DNA from: Chiloscyllium plagiosum
Lineage: Eukaryota
DNA length: 56,796 bases
Assembly: GCF_004010195.1 (NCBI RefSeq)
Contig: NC_057753.1
Span: 8,100,902-8,157,697, forward strand
Direction: 5' to 3'
Part shown: positions 13,130-25,254 of the stretch, in pieces
Layout: each line of letters opens with the position of its first letter
Position numbering within the stretch: position 1 is the stretch's first letter
Position numbers and translations under genes: made by a program
Notes under the pieces: model-generated
Told to the model about the DNA's origin: nothing
The model's database searches: none
What the model saw: the letters and a program-made list of their open reading frames with translations, nothing else

Positions 13130-14460
13130 GTTTTGGAAAGGATTGTAAGAGTTAAGATTTATAATCATCTAGCAAGGAACATTTTGAATTGCTTTCCGAT
13201 AGTCAACATGGTTTCAAGGGTAGGTCGTGTCTCACAAACCTCACTGAGTGTTTTGAGAACGTAACCAAGCATGTGGATGAGGGTAGGGCAGTTGACGTGG
13301 TATACATGGAATTCAGTAAAGCCTTTGATAAGGTTCCACATGGTAGGCTGTTGGAGAAAATGCAAAGGCATGGGATTGAAGATGATTTAGCAGTTTGGAT
13401 TAGAAACTGGCTTTGTTAAAGAAGGCAGCGAGTGATCGTTGATGGAAAATATTCAGCCTGAGTCTCTTCACTAGCGGTGTGCTACATGGATCTATTTTGG
13501 GACCACTGCTGTTTGTCGTTCTTATAAGTTATTTAGACACAGGCATAGGTGGATGGATTAGTAAATTTGCAGATGACACTAAAGTCGGTGGAGTAGTGGA
13601 CAGTTTGGAAGAATGTTACAGGTTGCAGGGACTTGGATAAACTGCAGGATTGGGCTCACAGGCCTCACATTGGAGTTCAATGCTGCTAAATGTGAGGTGA
13701 TTCACTTTGGGGAGAATAGCAGGAAGACAGAGTACTGGGTCAATGGAAAGATTCTTGTTAGTGTGGATGTGCAGAGGGAACTTGGAGTCCATGTGCATCG
13801 ATCCCTGAAAGCTGCCATCCAGGTGGATAGTGCTGTTAAGAAGGCATACGGTGTGTTAGGTTTCAGTCGTAGAGGGATTGAGTTCCGGAGCCGCAATATC
13901 CTGCTGCAACTATACAAAACGCTGGTGCGGCCACACTTGCTATATTGTGTACAGTTCTGGTCGCGATTTCTCGGGAAGGTTGCGAACGCATTGGAAAAGT
14001 TGCAGAGGACACTTACCAGGATGTTGCCTGGTCGGGAGGGGAGGTCTTATGAGGAAAGGCTGAGAGACTTAGGTCTGTTCTCATTGGAAAGAAGAAGGCT
14101 CAGAGGAGATTTGATAGACATACAAGATGATCAAAGGATTCGATAGGGCAGACAGTGAAAGTGTTTTTCCTAGGATGATTGCGTCAGCTTGTATGAGGGG
14201 GCATAACTATAAATTGAGGGGTGATACATTTAAGATAGATGTCAGAGGCAGGTTCTTTACTCAGAGAGTGGGAAGAGCGTGGAATGCCCTACCTGCTAAT
14301 GTAGTTAACTCAGCCACATTAGGGAGATTTAAACAATCCTTAGAGAAACACATGGATGATGATGGAATACTGTGGAGGGACGAGCTGAGGTTAGTTCACA
14401 GGTTGGCGCAACATTGAAGGCCGAAGGGCCTGTTCTGCGCTGCATTGTTCTATGTTTTGT
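13130..14460 (+). mobile_element. CR1 LINE RT/3' fragment
   Basis: SQHGFKGRSCLTNL...FSKAFDKVPH, FADD and 3' tail motifs, with frameshifts. Confidence 0.9.
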
Positions 14461-14469
14461 GCTATATTA

Positions 14470-15845
14470 GGTGGTAATTCAGAAATAAAAGTTGGACTTT
14501 CGACATCCATTTCAATACGTGAGGGACAGAAATTGCTGAAAAGAAGAATCCTCACTTGGCAAAAGTACAGCGAATCTCACTGAAGATCGCAACAATAATT
14601 TATTACAGGTTAAGATGGAAATCCATGAGGGTCGAAGAGAACTGAAAAGTGGTTCACTGGAATAAAATAGGTCACATGAAGTCAAAGTGTTAGTGGTTTA
14701 CCAAAAGTGAACTGAGAAGACAGATATGGAGGAATTTGGATACCCAATGAGTTTTATTGAATTGGAAAGTGAAAGCACTATGGAAGGTAAAAATCTGCAA
14801 AAGAATATGTGAAAGGTGATGAAATCGTATCAGGAGTAATCGGCAAATTCTTGGTTTAGGGAATACAGTTTATCCCTGGTAATGACATAGCTGCTTCACA
14901 GGTGGCAGTAATGTCTGTTGGAGTGGAAACGTCAGAGGAAAATCAGGCAGCTGAGCTGTTACAGGAAGTACATCATGGGCTATTTCCTGACTATGTGGTA
15001 ATTGGATCGCAAAGTCATTGTTTGAAACAGATTTTAGATTAGATTCCCTACAATATGGAAACAGGTGCTTTCGCCTAACAAGTCCATACCAACCGTCCGA
15101 AGAGTAACCCACACAGACCATTCCCCTACCATATATTTACCCTGACTAATGCACTCGACACTGTGGGCAATTTGGTATGTCCAAATCATCTGATCTGTAC
15201 ATCTTTGGTTGGCAGGAGGAAACCCACGCAGACATGGGAGAATATGCAAACAACATACAGGCAGTTGTCTGAAGAGGAAATTGACTCAGGTCCCTGACCC
15301 GCTGAAAGCCAGTAGTGCTCAGCACTGAGGAACCGTGTCATGTTTATTAGGAGAAATCAACGAGTACAAATAATGGGGTTTAAATTCAATTATCAGAAAC
15401 TATGATCCATCAAATGTTTGAGGAAAAGAAAAGCAAGAACAGATGAAAGACAAAGTGTATACTTTTAGTTCAGAGCAGCTAGCTGAAACACAACAGGAAA
15501 AGGAATAACTAAGTCCGTTGTATTAAAATGCATTAGGGAAAGAAAATTGTTAGTCTATTTCAGAATTTTACCATCTTTAAATAAAATGAATGCTTGTCGA
15601 GGAATTGGAGATCATCACATAGTCAGGCGAATAAAATGGGCACAGATCATCAAGATACATCACGGGCAGCTTATATAAAGGAGCTGTTGTGGGGAGCAAT
15701 GATTCACAATTAGGAGATTATTTTGGAGTAAGGGAAATTCATGCCACAGTACAAAAGCGTTTTTTGTTTGTCTGGCCAGCAGAAGGATGTGTATCAGTAT
15801 TCTGGAAATGTGACCACTGTGAGGTAATTGGCAAACCTTCGGTAG
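14470..15845 (+). mobile_element. Decayed Ty3/Gypsy-like LTR retrotransposon internal remnant
   Basis: Degenerate gag zinc knuckle (HWNKIGHMKSKC, ~14650-14695) and an integrase Zn-binding-like segment (LGVREIHATVQKR...KDV...CEVIGKP, ~15720-15840). Many stops and shifts. Confidence 0.5.
15035..15340 (-). mobile_element. HE1/V-SINE-like SINE (diverged)
   Basis: (AGATT)n tail and reverse-complement SINE core and head. Confidence 0.82.
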
Positions 15846-15962
15846 TGTTTTTCGCTGCAAACTAAATAAACAACTCTGCTTTTGTAACAAGTCTGGATCC
15901 TATGACAAAGTTAGCTCTGTACCTGTCTGGCCAGCTTTCCAACAGCCACCTTTCCACCTTCT

Positions 15963-16252
15963 AGGGCATCATGGTGGCTCAGTGGTTAGCACTGTTGCCT
16001 CACAGCACGAGACACCTTGGTTCGATTCCAGCCTCGCATGACTTTCTGTGTGGAGTTTGCACATTCACCCAGTGTCTGCGTGGGTTTCCTCCCACAGTCC
16101 AAAGATGTGCCGTTTAGGTGAATTGGTCGTACTAAATTGCCCATAGTGTTAGGTCCATTCATAATGGGGTGGGTTACACTTCAGAAGGATGGTGTGAACG
16201 TTTTGCGGCCGAATGGCCTCTTTCCATATTGTAGGGAATCGAATCTAATCTT
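15963..16252 (+). mobile_element. HE1/V-SINE-like SINE
   Basis: TGGTGGCTCAGTGGTTAGCACT head, GGTTCGATTCC B-box and aatctaatct tail. Confidence 0.88.
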
Positions 16253-16625
16253 ACCCCAATACCATGTGACCTCACAGTTTGTACCAGTCTATCACAATGT
16301 ACCTCACAAAAGGCTTTACTGAAGTCCACAATTTGAGCCAATGTTTCCTCATCAGTCATTTTCGTCAACTCTTCAAAAAACTTAATCAAATCAGGAAGGC
16401 ACGACTATCACGCAAAAAAACATGTTGTCCATCGCTAATAGGTATATTTGCTTTTATAACCGTAAAGATCATGCCACTGACAATCTTTTCCGATACTTTA
16501 GCTACAACCGACGTGAGGCTCACAGGGTTATAATTGCCAATGATCCAGCAATTTGTTCACTTCCCATCCTCAATATTTTGGAATAGATCCCATTTGTCCG
16601 GGGAATTTGTCTACCTTGATTCCCA
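16253..16625 (-). mobile_element. Decayed CR1 RT fragment
   Basis: ORF 16174-16389 reads IKFFEELTK...VDFSKAFCEV. Confidence 0.65.
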
Positions 16626-16654
16626 AGCCACGTGAAATTGAAAGCGTGTGCTTT

Positions 16655-17080
16655 TATGACAGAGACAGTGAGAGACAGGTTGAGAAGCTGGGAGAGAGAA
16701 TGACAGAAGGAAATCGATGTGGAGTTAGGGAGAGAGGGAACTTGAGAGGGACGGGGAGAGAGAAGACGATGATGGAAAATCAGGTTAGAATCTTAAGACA
16801 AACAAAATTTGGGAAAGGTAGGTGAGGGCTGGAGAGAGCGAGAGCACGAGAGATAGAGGGAGTGAGAAGGAGAGAACAATGAAAGAGAAACAAGAAAGGA
16901 AGGAAATAAAGAAAGTGTTTCAAAGGAAGAGTTGTATGGAGAGAGTAATGAAATTTGGATTGAGGCAGGGTGGACAGAAAACGGGCAGAGGGAGAAAATT
17001 AAAAGGGAATGAGAAAATGCAACAACGATCACAGCTGGAGAGAGTGAGAGAGACAGAGAAGGTTTATACCTGGGAGTGAG
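16655..17080. repeat. Purine-rich (GA) low-complexity tract
   Basis: Strong A/G skew with degenerate GAGA runs. Confidence 0.7.
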
Positions 17081-17520
17081 ATGGGTTATAAGGAAGATTT
17101 TAATGGAGAGCTTGCAGTTTGCGACACCAGGGGGAAAGGAAGGACAGACTTACTTGAATCCATCTCCTTAGCTGAACCTGATCCCTTCCCCTTCCCCAAG
17201 GAGCAGGAAGAGCACCGAATCTATCTCTTCCAGTTCAGCTGCTTCAGCAAAATGACAAACGACAACATAACTAGTTCTGCTTTTTGGACATTTTTAATCA
17301 GTATTGTTATTACTGACAAATTGAAGTTACAGGTACAGTAAGTGGAATGGTGCCTTTTCTCATTGGCCTCTGAGTTGAGAGTAACATTGAAACATACCCG
17401 TGTAATCTGTGTGATATGCTTGAACAAGCCAGAACTATGCTCATTCTGTTACCAAAAATATAGGCTGGTTCATTGTTGAAAGAAAAGTTGAAATGAGAGA
17501 ATTCTGAATGGATTGATTAA

Positions 17521-18416
17521 TTAGTGATTCCGATTTATTAGTGAATTTGAACATTTCAGTACATTCTTCAGCTGTTGCCTGAATTTCTTCTGTGTCACGG
17601 CATAAATTGCAGTGTTTGTGCTGCAACTGAGAAGCTGTAGCATGAAGCCCAATTCCAGTACAAACCAATGTAGATACAAAAACCTATATCCCAAATACCA
17701 CATCCGGTACCATAGAGTGTACAGCATTGATGAGAACCATAATAGGATGAAGTTGGCCGAGATCACAAACAATAATCTGATAGATTTTTTTCGATTTTGC
17801 ATTTCTGTGTCGGGTTGAACGTTCCCATTGGTGTGAGCCCGGAGTCTCCTGCGGGCTCTGCTGGTCACTAAAATGTGCCTGACCGTGAAACCATTGAACA
17901 ACAGAATCAGGAGAAACGGGAGAGACGGGGTGAGAATGTAATGGAGGAACTCGATTGTGAGCCAGACCGGAGACTCATAAACATCGCTGGGTACATGACA
18001 AAACCAGGGGAGGTTCACAAGCCAATACTGATCTGAGAGCATAAAGTACCAGAAATTGTTCTTTAGAAAGCTCAGCACGGTCACCGTTCCGAGGACCAAA
18101 CGTGCTGTTTTGTCACTGCAATATATACTCTTCAGCTTCTGGCAACAAATCGCCACAAATCGATCGAAGGTGAAAGTGACAGTGAACCAGACAGAACAGT
18201 CAGTGGCTGCATAAAGCAGGACAGCGTGGATATTGCACACGCGAATGGACCACAGGAAATAAAACTGTTCCCAAAAAACAATTGGAATTTGTCTCAATAT
18301 CAGGTCAATGATAATGACCAGTAGATCCGCCACTGCCATGGCCACTAGGTAACGGCTGACGCATGGAGACAATCCACAATCTTTATAAACCAGGACATAG
18401 ACCGTTACTATGTTAA
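17521..18416 (-). CDS. gpr139-like: GPR139-like copy B, exon 2 (end of TM1 to C-terminus)
   Basis: Open ORF 17521-18435 with polypyrimidine acceptor ttccttcctcacag| at 18417/18416. Confidence 0.92.
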
Positions 18417-21400
18417 CTGTGAGGAAGGAAAACAAACAAATTAAATATCGGCTGGGAGGTAAAATTGCCAGTTGATTAAGGACCTAGTGAGATATTAAAA
18501 TGAGACAGTGCATTCAGAGATTTATGAAAATAATTAAAGCTGCAGTTCTGAATTAATCACAGAAACGTGAGGTAAAACACGAGAAACACTCCATCTCCAA
18601 ACAACCAGACACATGTATAAGAACAGGCGATCTCCAGAAATTTTGCAGAGATCTGATCACTTGAAAACAGCCACATTTCACTTGTTTACAGATCCTAATA
18701 CGCAAGGTGAAAACATTACGGCAGAGGTCAGAGGTAGGGTTTCTTTACTCAGAGAGCAGTAAGGGTATGGAATGCTTTGCCTGCAACGGTAGTAGATTCG
18801 CCAAGTTTAAGGACATTTAAGTCGTCATTGGACAGGCCTATGGACGTACATGGAATAGTGTGGGTGGGATGGGCTTCAGATTGGTATGACTGGGCGACGC
18901 AACATCGAGGGCCAAGGGGCCTGTATTGCGCTGTAAGGTTCTAAAAAATGTTCTATTTCCGTCCTAAAGAGTTCCATCCCTGTTCCTTGAAGAAAAATGA
19001 CGTTTGGAAATTTCTTTTTGTCGGTCTAGATGCTGGTCGATCGAATGTTGTGAAGACATGTGAATGCAGTTTAAAAAACTTTATTTACTCCATAAACAGC
19101 CTGAGGTGACTTCGAACCAATGTTTCTTTCTTCCTTCAACGGACTGTCTTCCCTCACAATCTTAACTTTGGTACAATTAACGGATGTCCGGCCTTACCAA
19201 AATATTGTCAGTGTTAGAATGTACCAGAGGATGTTGATTACTAATTCTCGGTTATAAAATGTTTAAGAGAGTGTCATTTCTAAATTGATCCAAATGATGT
19301 TGCAGAGAATTCACAGGTTCAGTAAAAGACCAGTACTCGAGTATGCAACTCACAAGGTGGAGTAGTGTCATTTTTCTCTCTTTCAGAGAACACAGCGACT
19401 GACAATCCAAATCAAACATAAGACCATTCTACCCCTCAAACCTGCTCCAGCACACAATAAGATTGTGGCTGATCTGATTGCGTCCTTACCTCCATGTTAC
19501 AGGAATTTTTCAGTCATTCAACCTCCTGGGTTCCTGTCAGTGAACAGGTATCACTCAGACACTTTTTCCAACGGTTTTCTTCAATCACATTCTCGGGAGC
19601 CATTTTCAATAAATGGAAAATGGATTCTCCAATATCTCAGCTTCATACTTTTATACATTTAATCATTTTCGGAAAATCAATATCCAATTGTAATTGTTGT
19701 TCTGTGTGGGATACCGTGCCACTTTTTTTAATTGAACCAATGACATCATCTACACATTACATCTAAGAGTAACATATAACTTCTAAGTATTTGCTTATTT
19801 TGTCCTCAGCTGTTATTTTCCAATTTATTTGTCTTGCGGCCTGCTCATTGTTCTCGAATTTCTGTTGCCCTTTGTCTATTTTTATTTATTACCGCTAGAG
19901 TTTCACGCTCTCCCACTCGGTTGGCTACACGGCCGGTTTGTGATGCAGATGGAGGCCAACAAGGCAGGTTCTATTTCCACAGTAACAGAGGTTACCATGA
20001 AGCTAACGAGTAGCTTTCGAGTGCTGCTCTTCCATGAGATGGTTGTGGAGAATAAGATTGTAAGACACAGAATTTATAGCAAAAGTTTCCAGTGTGATGT
20101 AACTAAAATTATCTCTTTAGAATGACCTGTATTGTTTGTTAAGTCTCTCGTCTTTTAGAATGACCATGTTGGTTTCAGTTTTTTCATGTGTAAATCGTAA
20201 TACTTGCTTTAAAAGTTACATTTTCAAGTGAACTTTAAAAATAGGTACCATGTTGGCTCAGGTAATGTATTGAAGGTGACAGCTTCCCTCTGTGAGGCTG
20301 TCTGAGACAAAATGGTCAGACGGATTCTCATCTCAAAAAACAGATTTACAGAATCTTACATGGATTCATGCAGTTGTTGAACATTCTGCAAGTACAAATT
20401 CACCCCACAAACTTATATGAGTGTGTGTCTGTATGTGTGTGTACGGGGGGGGGGAGGTGGGTGTGTATGTGTGTTTGTGAGTGTCTGTGTGNNNNNNNNN
20501 NNNNNNNNNNGTGTGTCTGTGTATGGGGGGAGTGTGTACATGTGTTTGTGTGGGGGTGGTTATGTGTCTCAGTGGGAGTGTGTGTATGTGTGTGAGTGTG
20601 AAATTAAATGAGTGTCTGTGAGAGTGTGCGTGTTGGAGTGCATGTGTGAGCCGATGACAGAGGGTCTGCGAGAGTGTGTGTGTCTGTGTGAGTATGTGTT
20701 GTTTATGAGTGTGTGTATGTGCAGGAGTGTCTCTGTGTGTGTTTGTGTGTAGCGCACTACACGCACCGTCTGACAGACATTTACCTGTAGTGTGACATGA
20801 ATACCCATGGATACCGAATGTGGGTAACCCCCACTACCACCCCACCCCTAAAACCCACACACACACTCTCATACACACACGCACACACATTCATGTACAT
20901 ACACACACACACATGCACACAGTTTTGCATCCTGAGCAGAGTTAGAAATATTGCATTAGATTTCCTCTATCAAATGTTTGATATGCACTGCGAAAAGCTG
21001 GGGCCCAAACATGAATCATTGCCGCACAGCATTAGCTTCCCACTCCAAATATAAACACGCATAGTCCGAGTCACAATTGTTTGACAAATATCACTTTCTC
21101 AGTCTATGCCCAATCTTAAGTGATTTGGTTTTGCGTACAAGGCTTTGGACACTCAAAACTGTATATTTTTTTTTGGAAAATCAAAAGCATTTTATTGACT
21201 GTCCTCCCCTTGTTATGTCTATCAGTCAGTTTCTCAGCTATGTTTCCCATGACAGAAATCTACATTAACTTTGTCTACGCCCATTCATTTCAAATTCAGT
21301 ACTCCCGCCAAATGCATTTATTTACAAACTGTATTTAATTTCCTATCTCTCACCGTACTTATTATTATGGGAAGATTTCTTGTTTTACTTTTCCTTCAGT

Positions 21401-24400
21401 GAAGACAGGTTGAACTGGCTGCTTAACAGTTCTGCCATTGCCCTGTTCTTCAGTCATGGATTCACATTGTATCGAATCTTGACTTCTACAGCTGTTGAAC
21501 TTGGCAGAAGTTTCGGAGCTGTTACAGTTCATTTTTTTTTAGATTACATAAATTAGATTAGATTAGATTAGATTACTTTACAGTGTGGAAACAGGCCCTT
21601 CGGCCCAACAAGTCCACACCGACCCGCCGAAGCGAAACCCACCCATACCCCTACATTTACCCCTTACCTAACACTACGGACAATTTAACATGGCCAATTC
21701 ACCTGACCTGCACATCTTTGGACTGTGGGAGGAAACCGGAGCACCCGGAGGAAACCCACGCAGACAGGGGGAGAATGTGCAAACTCCACACAGTCAGTCG
21801 CCTGAGGCGGGAATTGAACCCGGGTCTCTGGCACTGCGAGGCAGCAGTGCTAACCACTGTGCCACCGTGCCGCCCACGGTGTTGACGCATCCACCAATTT
21901 CTGCCGCATATTAGTAAAATCATTCTATAGTCATATAATCGCAGAAGCAAAGATTCTCCGGCACAAAAAATACAACAAATCTGCCTTCATTCCACTTTTC
22001 CACATGAGGCCTATCGTCATGAATGTCATGACATTTCAAGTACTCATCCAAGTACTTTTAATGGTTGTGAGATTGCCCATTCATAACTACCATCTCAGGA
22101 TTTCCAGACTCAAAAAGTGTGTGGGTGAAAAGTAATCCTCAAATCCTCTCTGAACATCAAACTTTTCATTTTAAAATTATGCTCCATCCACCCTGTCCAT
22201 GACACCCCTAACCTTATACACCTGGTGTTGTTCGCCCCGTCAGCCCCCACTGCCGAAGAGCAAAACAAACCTCGATTATCCAGCGTCTCTTCTTTGCCGA
22301 TGAGCTCCACTCCCGGCAGAAACCTGGCGAATTGCCTCTGCACACCCGCCAGTGCAGTAACAACCGTTCGGTAATGTGCCAAACAGAACTGCAGACAGCG
22401 TCCCATGGGTAACCTAACAATCCTCCAATACATCTCCCACATAACCTCCTGACTCTCGCAAGGTGTCTGTTCCTGGTTAAAGGCTGTGCATATGTCGATG
22501 GTCCTCTATTCCTTCTGAAGTATTGTAACAATCTGTCTAGTTAACTTTCGGCATCTTTGAAGAACCATTCTCTAAGCTTTCAATGGTGCTATCATTCATT
22601 GGGTGCTACCCTATCTTGTTCTTTCTTCCAAAATGCATCACCCCATATTTACCAAATTATATTTCCGTCCACTACCTCACTATCCTACCTAACTATTCCA
22701 TTTGCATCTTACTGTAACATTAGTCCTTCCTTCTTAATACCATCAGCTCTTCCAATCTTCGTGTCAAACACAAATTTATTTATCAATCTCCCTCACGGCC
22801 TCCACATTCACATCCATATCATTTCTGAAAAAAGACAAATAATAAGGGACAGAGCACTGGTCCATGTGGTCCAACAGAATACTGATCTCCAATCACAAAA
22901 ACAGCTTTCTACCACCGTCCCATTAGGTCGGAATGCGACACTCAGCAACTGCCTTCAAAATAAGACAATGCTGCTATCTGGCATTTGATCTTCATATTAT
23001 TTGAGAGGGTTTGGTCTGTTGCATTATACAATGTAAAAGTTCATTTCATATTTTTTTATATCTCAACATCACGACATCAAACACCAGAGTGTAGATCTGG
23101 AGATAAATACAGTCGTGGGAGTGACACAGAGCGATAGGTATCTGCATGATATATGGAATTGCCACATTACTGAATGGAACGTATTTGTAGGAAGAGGGAA
23201 ACAAGTAGAGGAAGGGGACTACCTTTTTTGTGCTCCCTCCATTGGATGTGTATATCCCTATTGAAGCCAGCCTGACTTTCTCACGAACCGAGTGCCTTGC
23301 TCAGCTACTCTACGAGACAATGACGAGGAAGAGACATTTGTTGTGTGTCTGCATTCACAAGCAAACACTACCAGGGAAGGGTGGTTGCATAACATTCAGT
23401 AAAGAGAAAGGACAAGGCAGATGTCTTTTCTTACAAAGGTTGACGTCAGTTTCGTTGGCTCTTTTTAGATTTCTCCAATTTCCTCAATCTGGTGTGGACG
23501 AAAACCCTACATTATTATCCTGGGCGTCCATGTTAATATCAAAGTTCTGCCCACTATGAAAATGTCTCCCCATCTGCAGGAAGAAAATTTAATATTTCAA
23601 GTGTAATTGTTGTGGACAAGGCCAGACATTTAAGAAGGTAACCCAGAACCAACTTCTCTAGTTGTTTTGTGATTGGAGATCAGTATTCTGTTGGAATAAG
23701 TGAATATTCCAGGAGCGACATGGCGGGTCAAACCAGTCGATTTTAAACAAAACAGAATTTATTTACATACGAACAAATGAAATCTGAATTTAGAATAACA
23801 TGAATATTTGAAAACCCAACTGACACGAAAACACAACTTCAGAAAGAGCTGTTAAGATATCCTGCGAAATCCCATAAACACACCTCTTAGAATAAGGTAA
23901 ACTGAAACATAGGTTCTTATGGAAAAGAAAATAACAGAGAGAGGGAGAGTTTTAGCATGGAGCTGTTTCTTTGGGTACTCAGCAAAAGCTAACACAAAAC
24001 TTGAAAATCCCTGAACTGTGAGAACTGGCCGCTTCTCCTTCATTGTACAAGTGTTAAAAAAGCCCTGAATGCTTTCGCTAATTGTTCCGTTAGGCAGCAC
24101 CTCTTAGCCATTATTAAAGTAGCCAGTTCAGACCTTTCAGCACCTCTACGTTTACGACCCCTCTCGAAAAATTAACCAAAAGCAGAATTCACTTGTTAAA
24201 TGAACATTTTCGCCACAGTATTTTCATTGTAAGTAGAAACGCAGCCAGAAGAGACTTGGAAGAGTTGAGTCGGGTTTGTCAAAGGCACAGAACCTGCAAT
24301 GAGGCTGAGGTGGAGAGCGCTATGTTCTGCTGGTGCTGCTGGAAAGGAACTGGAGACATAAAGCAGAGCAGGCCGAATACAATCAAGAATTCTGTGAGCC

Positions 24401-24815
24401 GTCTGGTTCCTCAGATATTGGTGTTGGAGGGGTTTATAAATATATGCTAGTAATTAGTAATAGCAACATTTTTTTTAATTTGGAATGAATGACACTTCTA
24501 ATTGGAACTGACGATATTATCTCCCATCTTTACAAAATGTAAATGTCAGGAACAGCAATCAGTTCAACTTGTTTTAATAGACAGACAAATTGACTTACCA
24601 GGAACACCAACAATAGCAAGGATTGGGTAGTAACCACTTTGAATAACAAAAAGTAAATAATAGATCCGCCATGATAATGATATCTGATCCTGAGAAAGCC
24701 AGTAAAGGCCTTCAGATAAACTCCGGTGGTAAACTGCACCATTCCGGTCTGCTGTTCTCAACTTCTGATTTTTTGTAGGAACATTGCAGTCGATTATTCT
24801 GTGAATCCATTCCAT
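17521..24815 (-). CDS. gpr139-like: Intact two-exon GPR139/GPR142-like class A GPCR (copy B), 370 aa, join(24815..24599,18416..17521)
   Basis: The phase-1 GT-AG intron (6182 nt) joins in frame to give YYPILAIVGVPVNIVT (TM1). Other motifs: YLVAMAVADLL (TM2), SVWFTVTFTFDRFVAIC (TM3 DRF) and LLSCSTNTAIYAVTQKKFR (TM7/helix 8). Seven hydrophobic segments, no stops. Family assignment is from motif recognition, not a database search. Confidence 0.85.
18722..18955 (+). mobile_element. Short CR1 3' fragment (specific to copy B intron)
   Basis: CR1 3' end motifs; absent at the paralogous position ~6430. Confidence 0.82.
20008..20930 (-). mobile_element. Penelope-like (Neptune-type) 3' remnant with TG/CA microsatellite
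   Basis: 20010-20420 is homologous to 37200-37620 and includes a degenerate hammerhead segment; (TG)n/(CA)n-rich sequence follows. Confidence 0.6.
21541..21877 (-). mobile_element. HE1/V-SINE-like SINE (young)
   Basis: Intact head GGGCGGCACGGTGGCACAGTGG, B-box GGGTTCAATTCCC and (AGATT)n tail. Confidence 0.92.
21915..22920 (-). mobile_element. Decayed CR1 3' fragment
   Basis: ORF 22110-22442 reads LQFCLAHYRT...ALAGVQRQFARFLPG, resembling the CR1 C-terminus. Confidence 0.6.
23608..24217 (-). mobile_element. Putative solo LTR in the intron of copy B
   Basis: 610 bp with TGT...ACA termini, flanked by GTAAT/GTATT (4/5 match, TSD-like), and AATAAA on the - strand. Confidence 0.55.
24599..24815 (-). 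CDS. gpr139-like: GPR139-like copy B, exon 1 (N-terminus and TM1)
   Basis: ATG at 24815, 72 codons + 1 nt, donor CCTG|GTAAGT. Same length and donor position in all three copies. Confidence 0.82.
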
Positions 24816-25254
24816 TTTTGGTAAATTCGGATCTTTCGTTCCTCAATTCTGATCTCTCCTGCCCCTCTCTCTCGATCTGCTGACCCTGTTAGTGTCGGAG
24901 GTGATGCTGCCACTGACGCTGTCAGATAATACGTTTAAAGGGACCTTTATTAATAGAAGAAGCAAAGCAATTAGTGACATAACTAGGATCCGTGGAGGCC
25001 CAATATTAATCATGGTGACGAAACAAACATGTTCAGTCAACGCCTTTCAATTCACCACTTTTTTTCAAATGCGAAATAGTGCAGAAATGTTCGGTGGAAT
25101 ATATGAGGATCACTGATGGAAGGAACATTGAAAATAGTGCAGCGATTGCGTATAGTCATTCATTGCAGTGAATCCAAATGACGTTGGGACATAGATGTGC
25201 ATCTCTGTCCATAACAGGCGATATACATTCTGTAAATTCTGATCAGTCATTGTA
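24816..25254 (-). promoter_or_regulatory. Conserved 5' flank, candidate proximal promoter/5' UTR of copy B
   Basis: Alignable with 12105-12543 and (inverted) 53945-54385. All three retain TATTAAT about 140 bp upstream of the ATG and TGTTTGTTTCGTCACCAT. Confidence 0.35.

Noticed and set aside
16553..17079. Charged Glu/Arg/Lys-rich ORFs
   Set aside because: A by-product of GA-rich low-complexity sequence.
24193..24450. 85-aa ORF conserved with 54751-55008
   Set aside because: It is antisense intronic, starts at TTG and is interrupted in copy A. Similarity is explained by the recent duplication.
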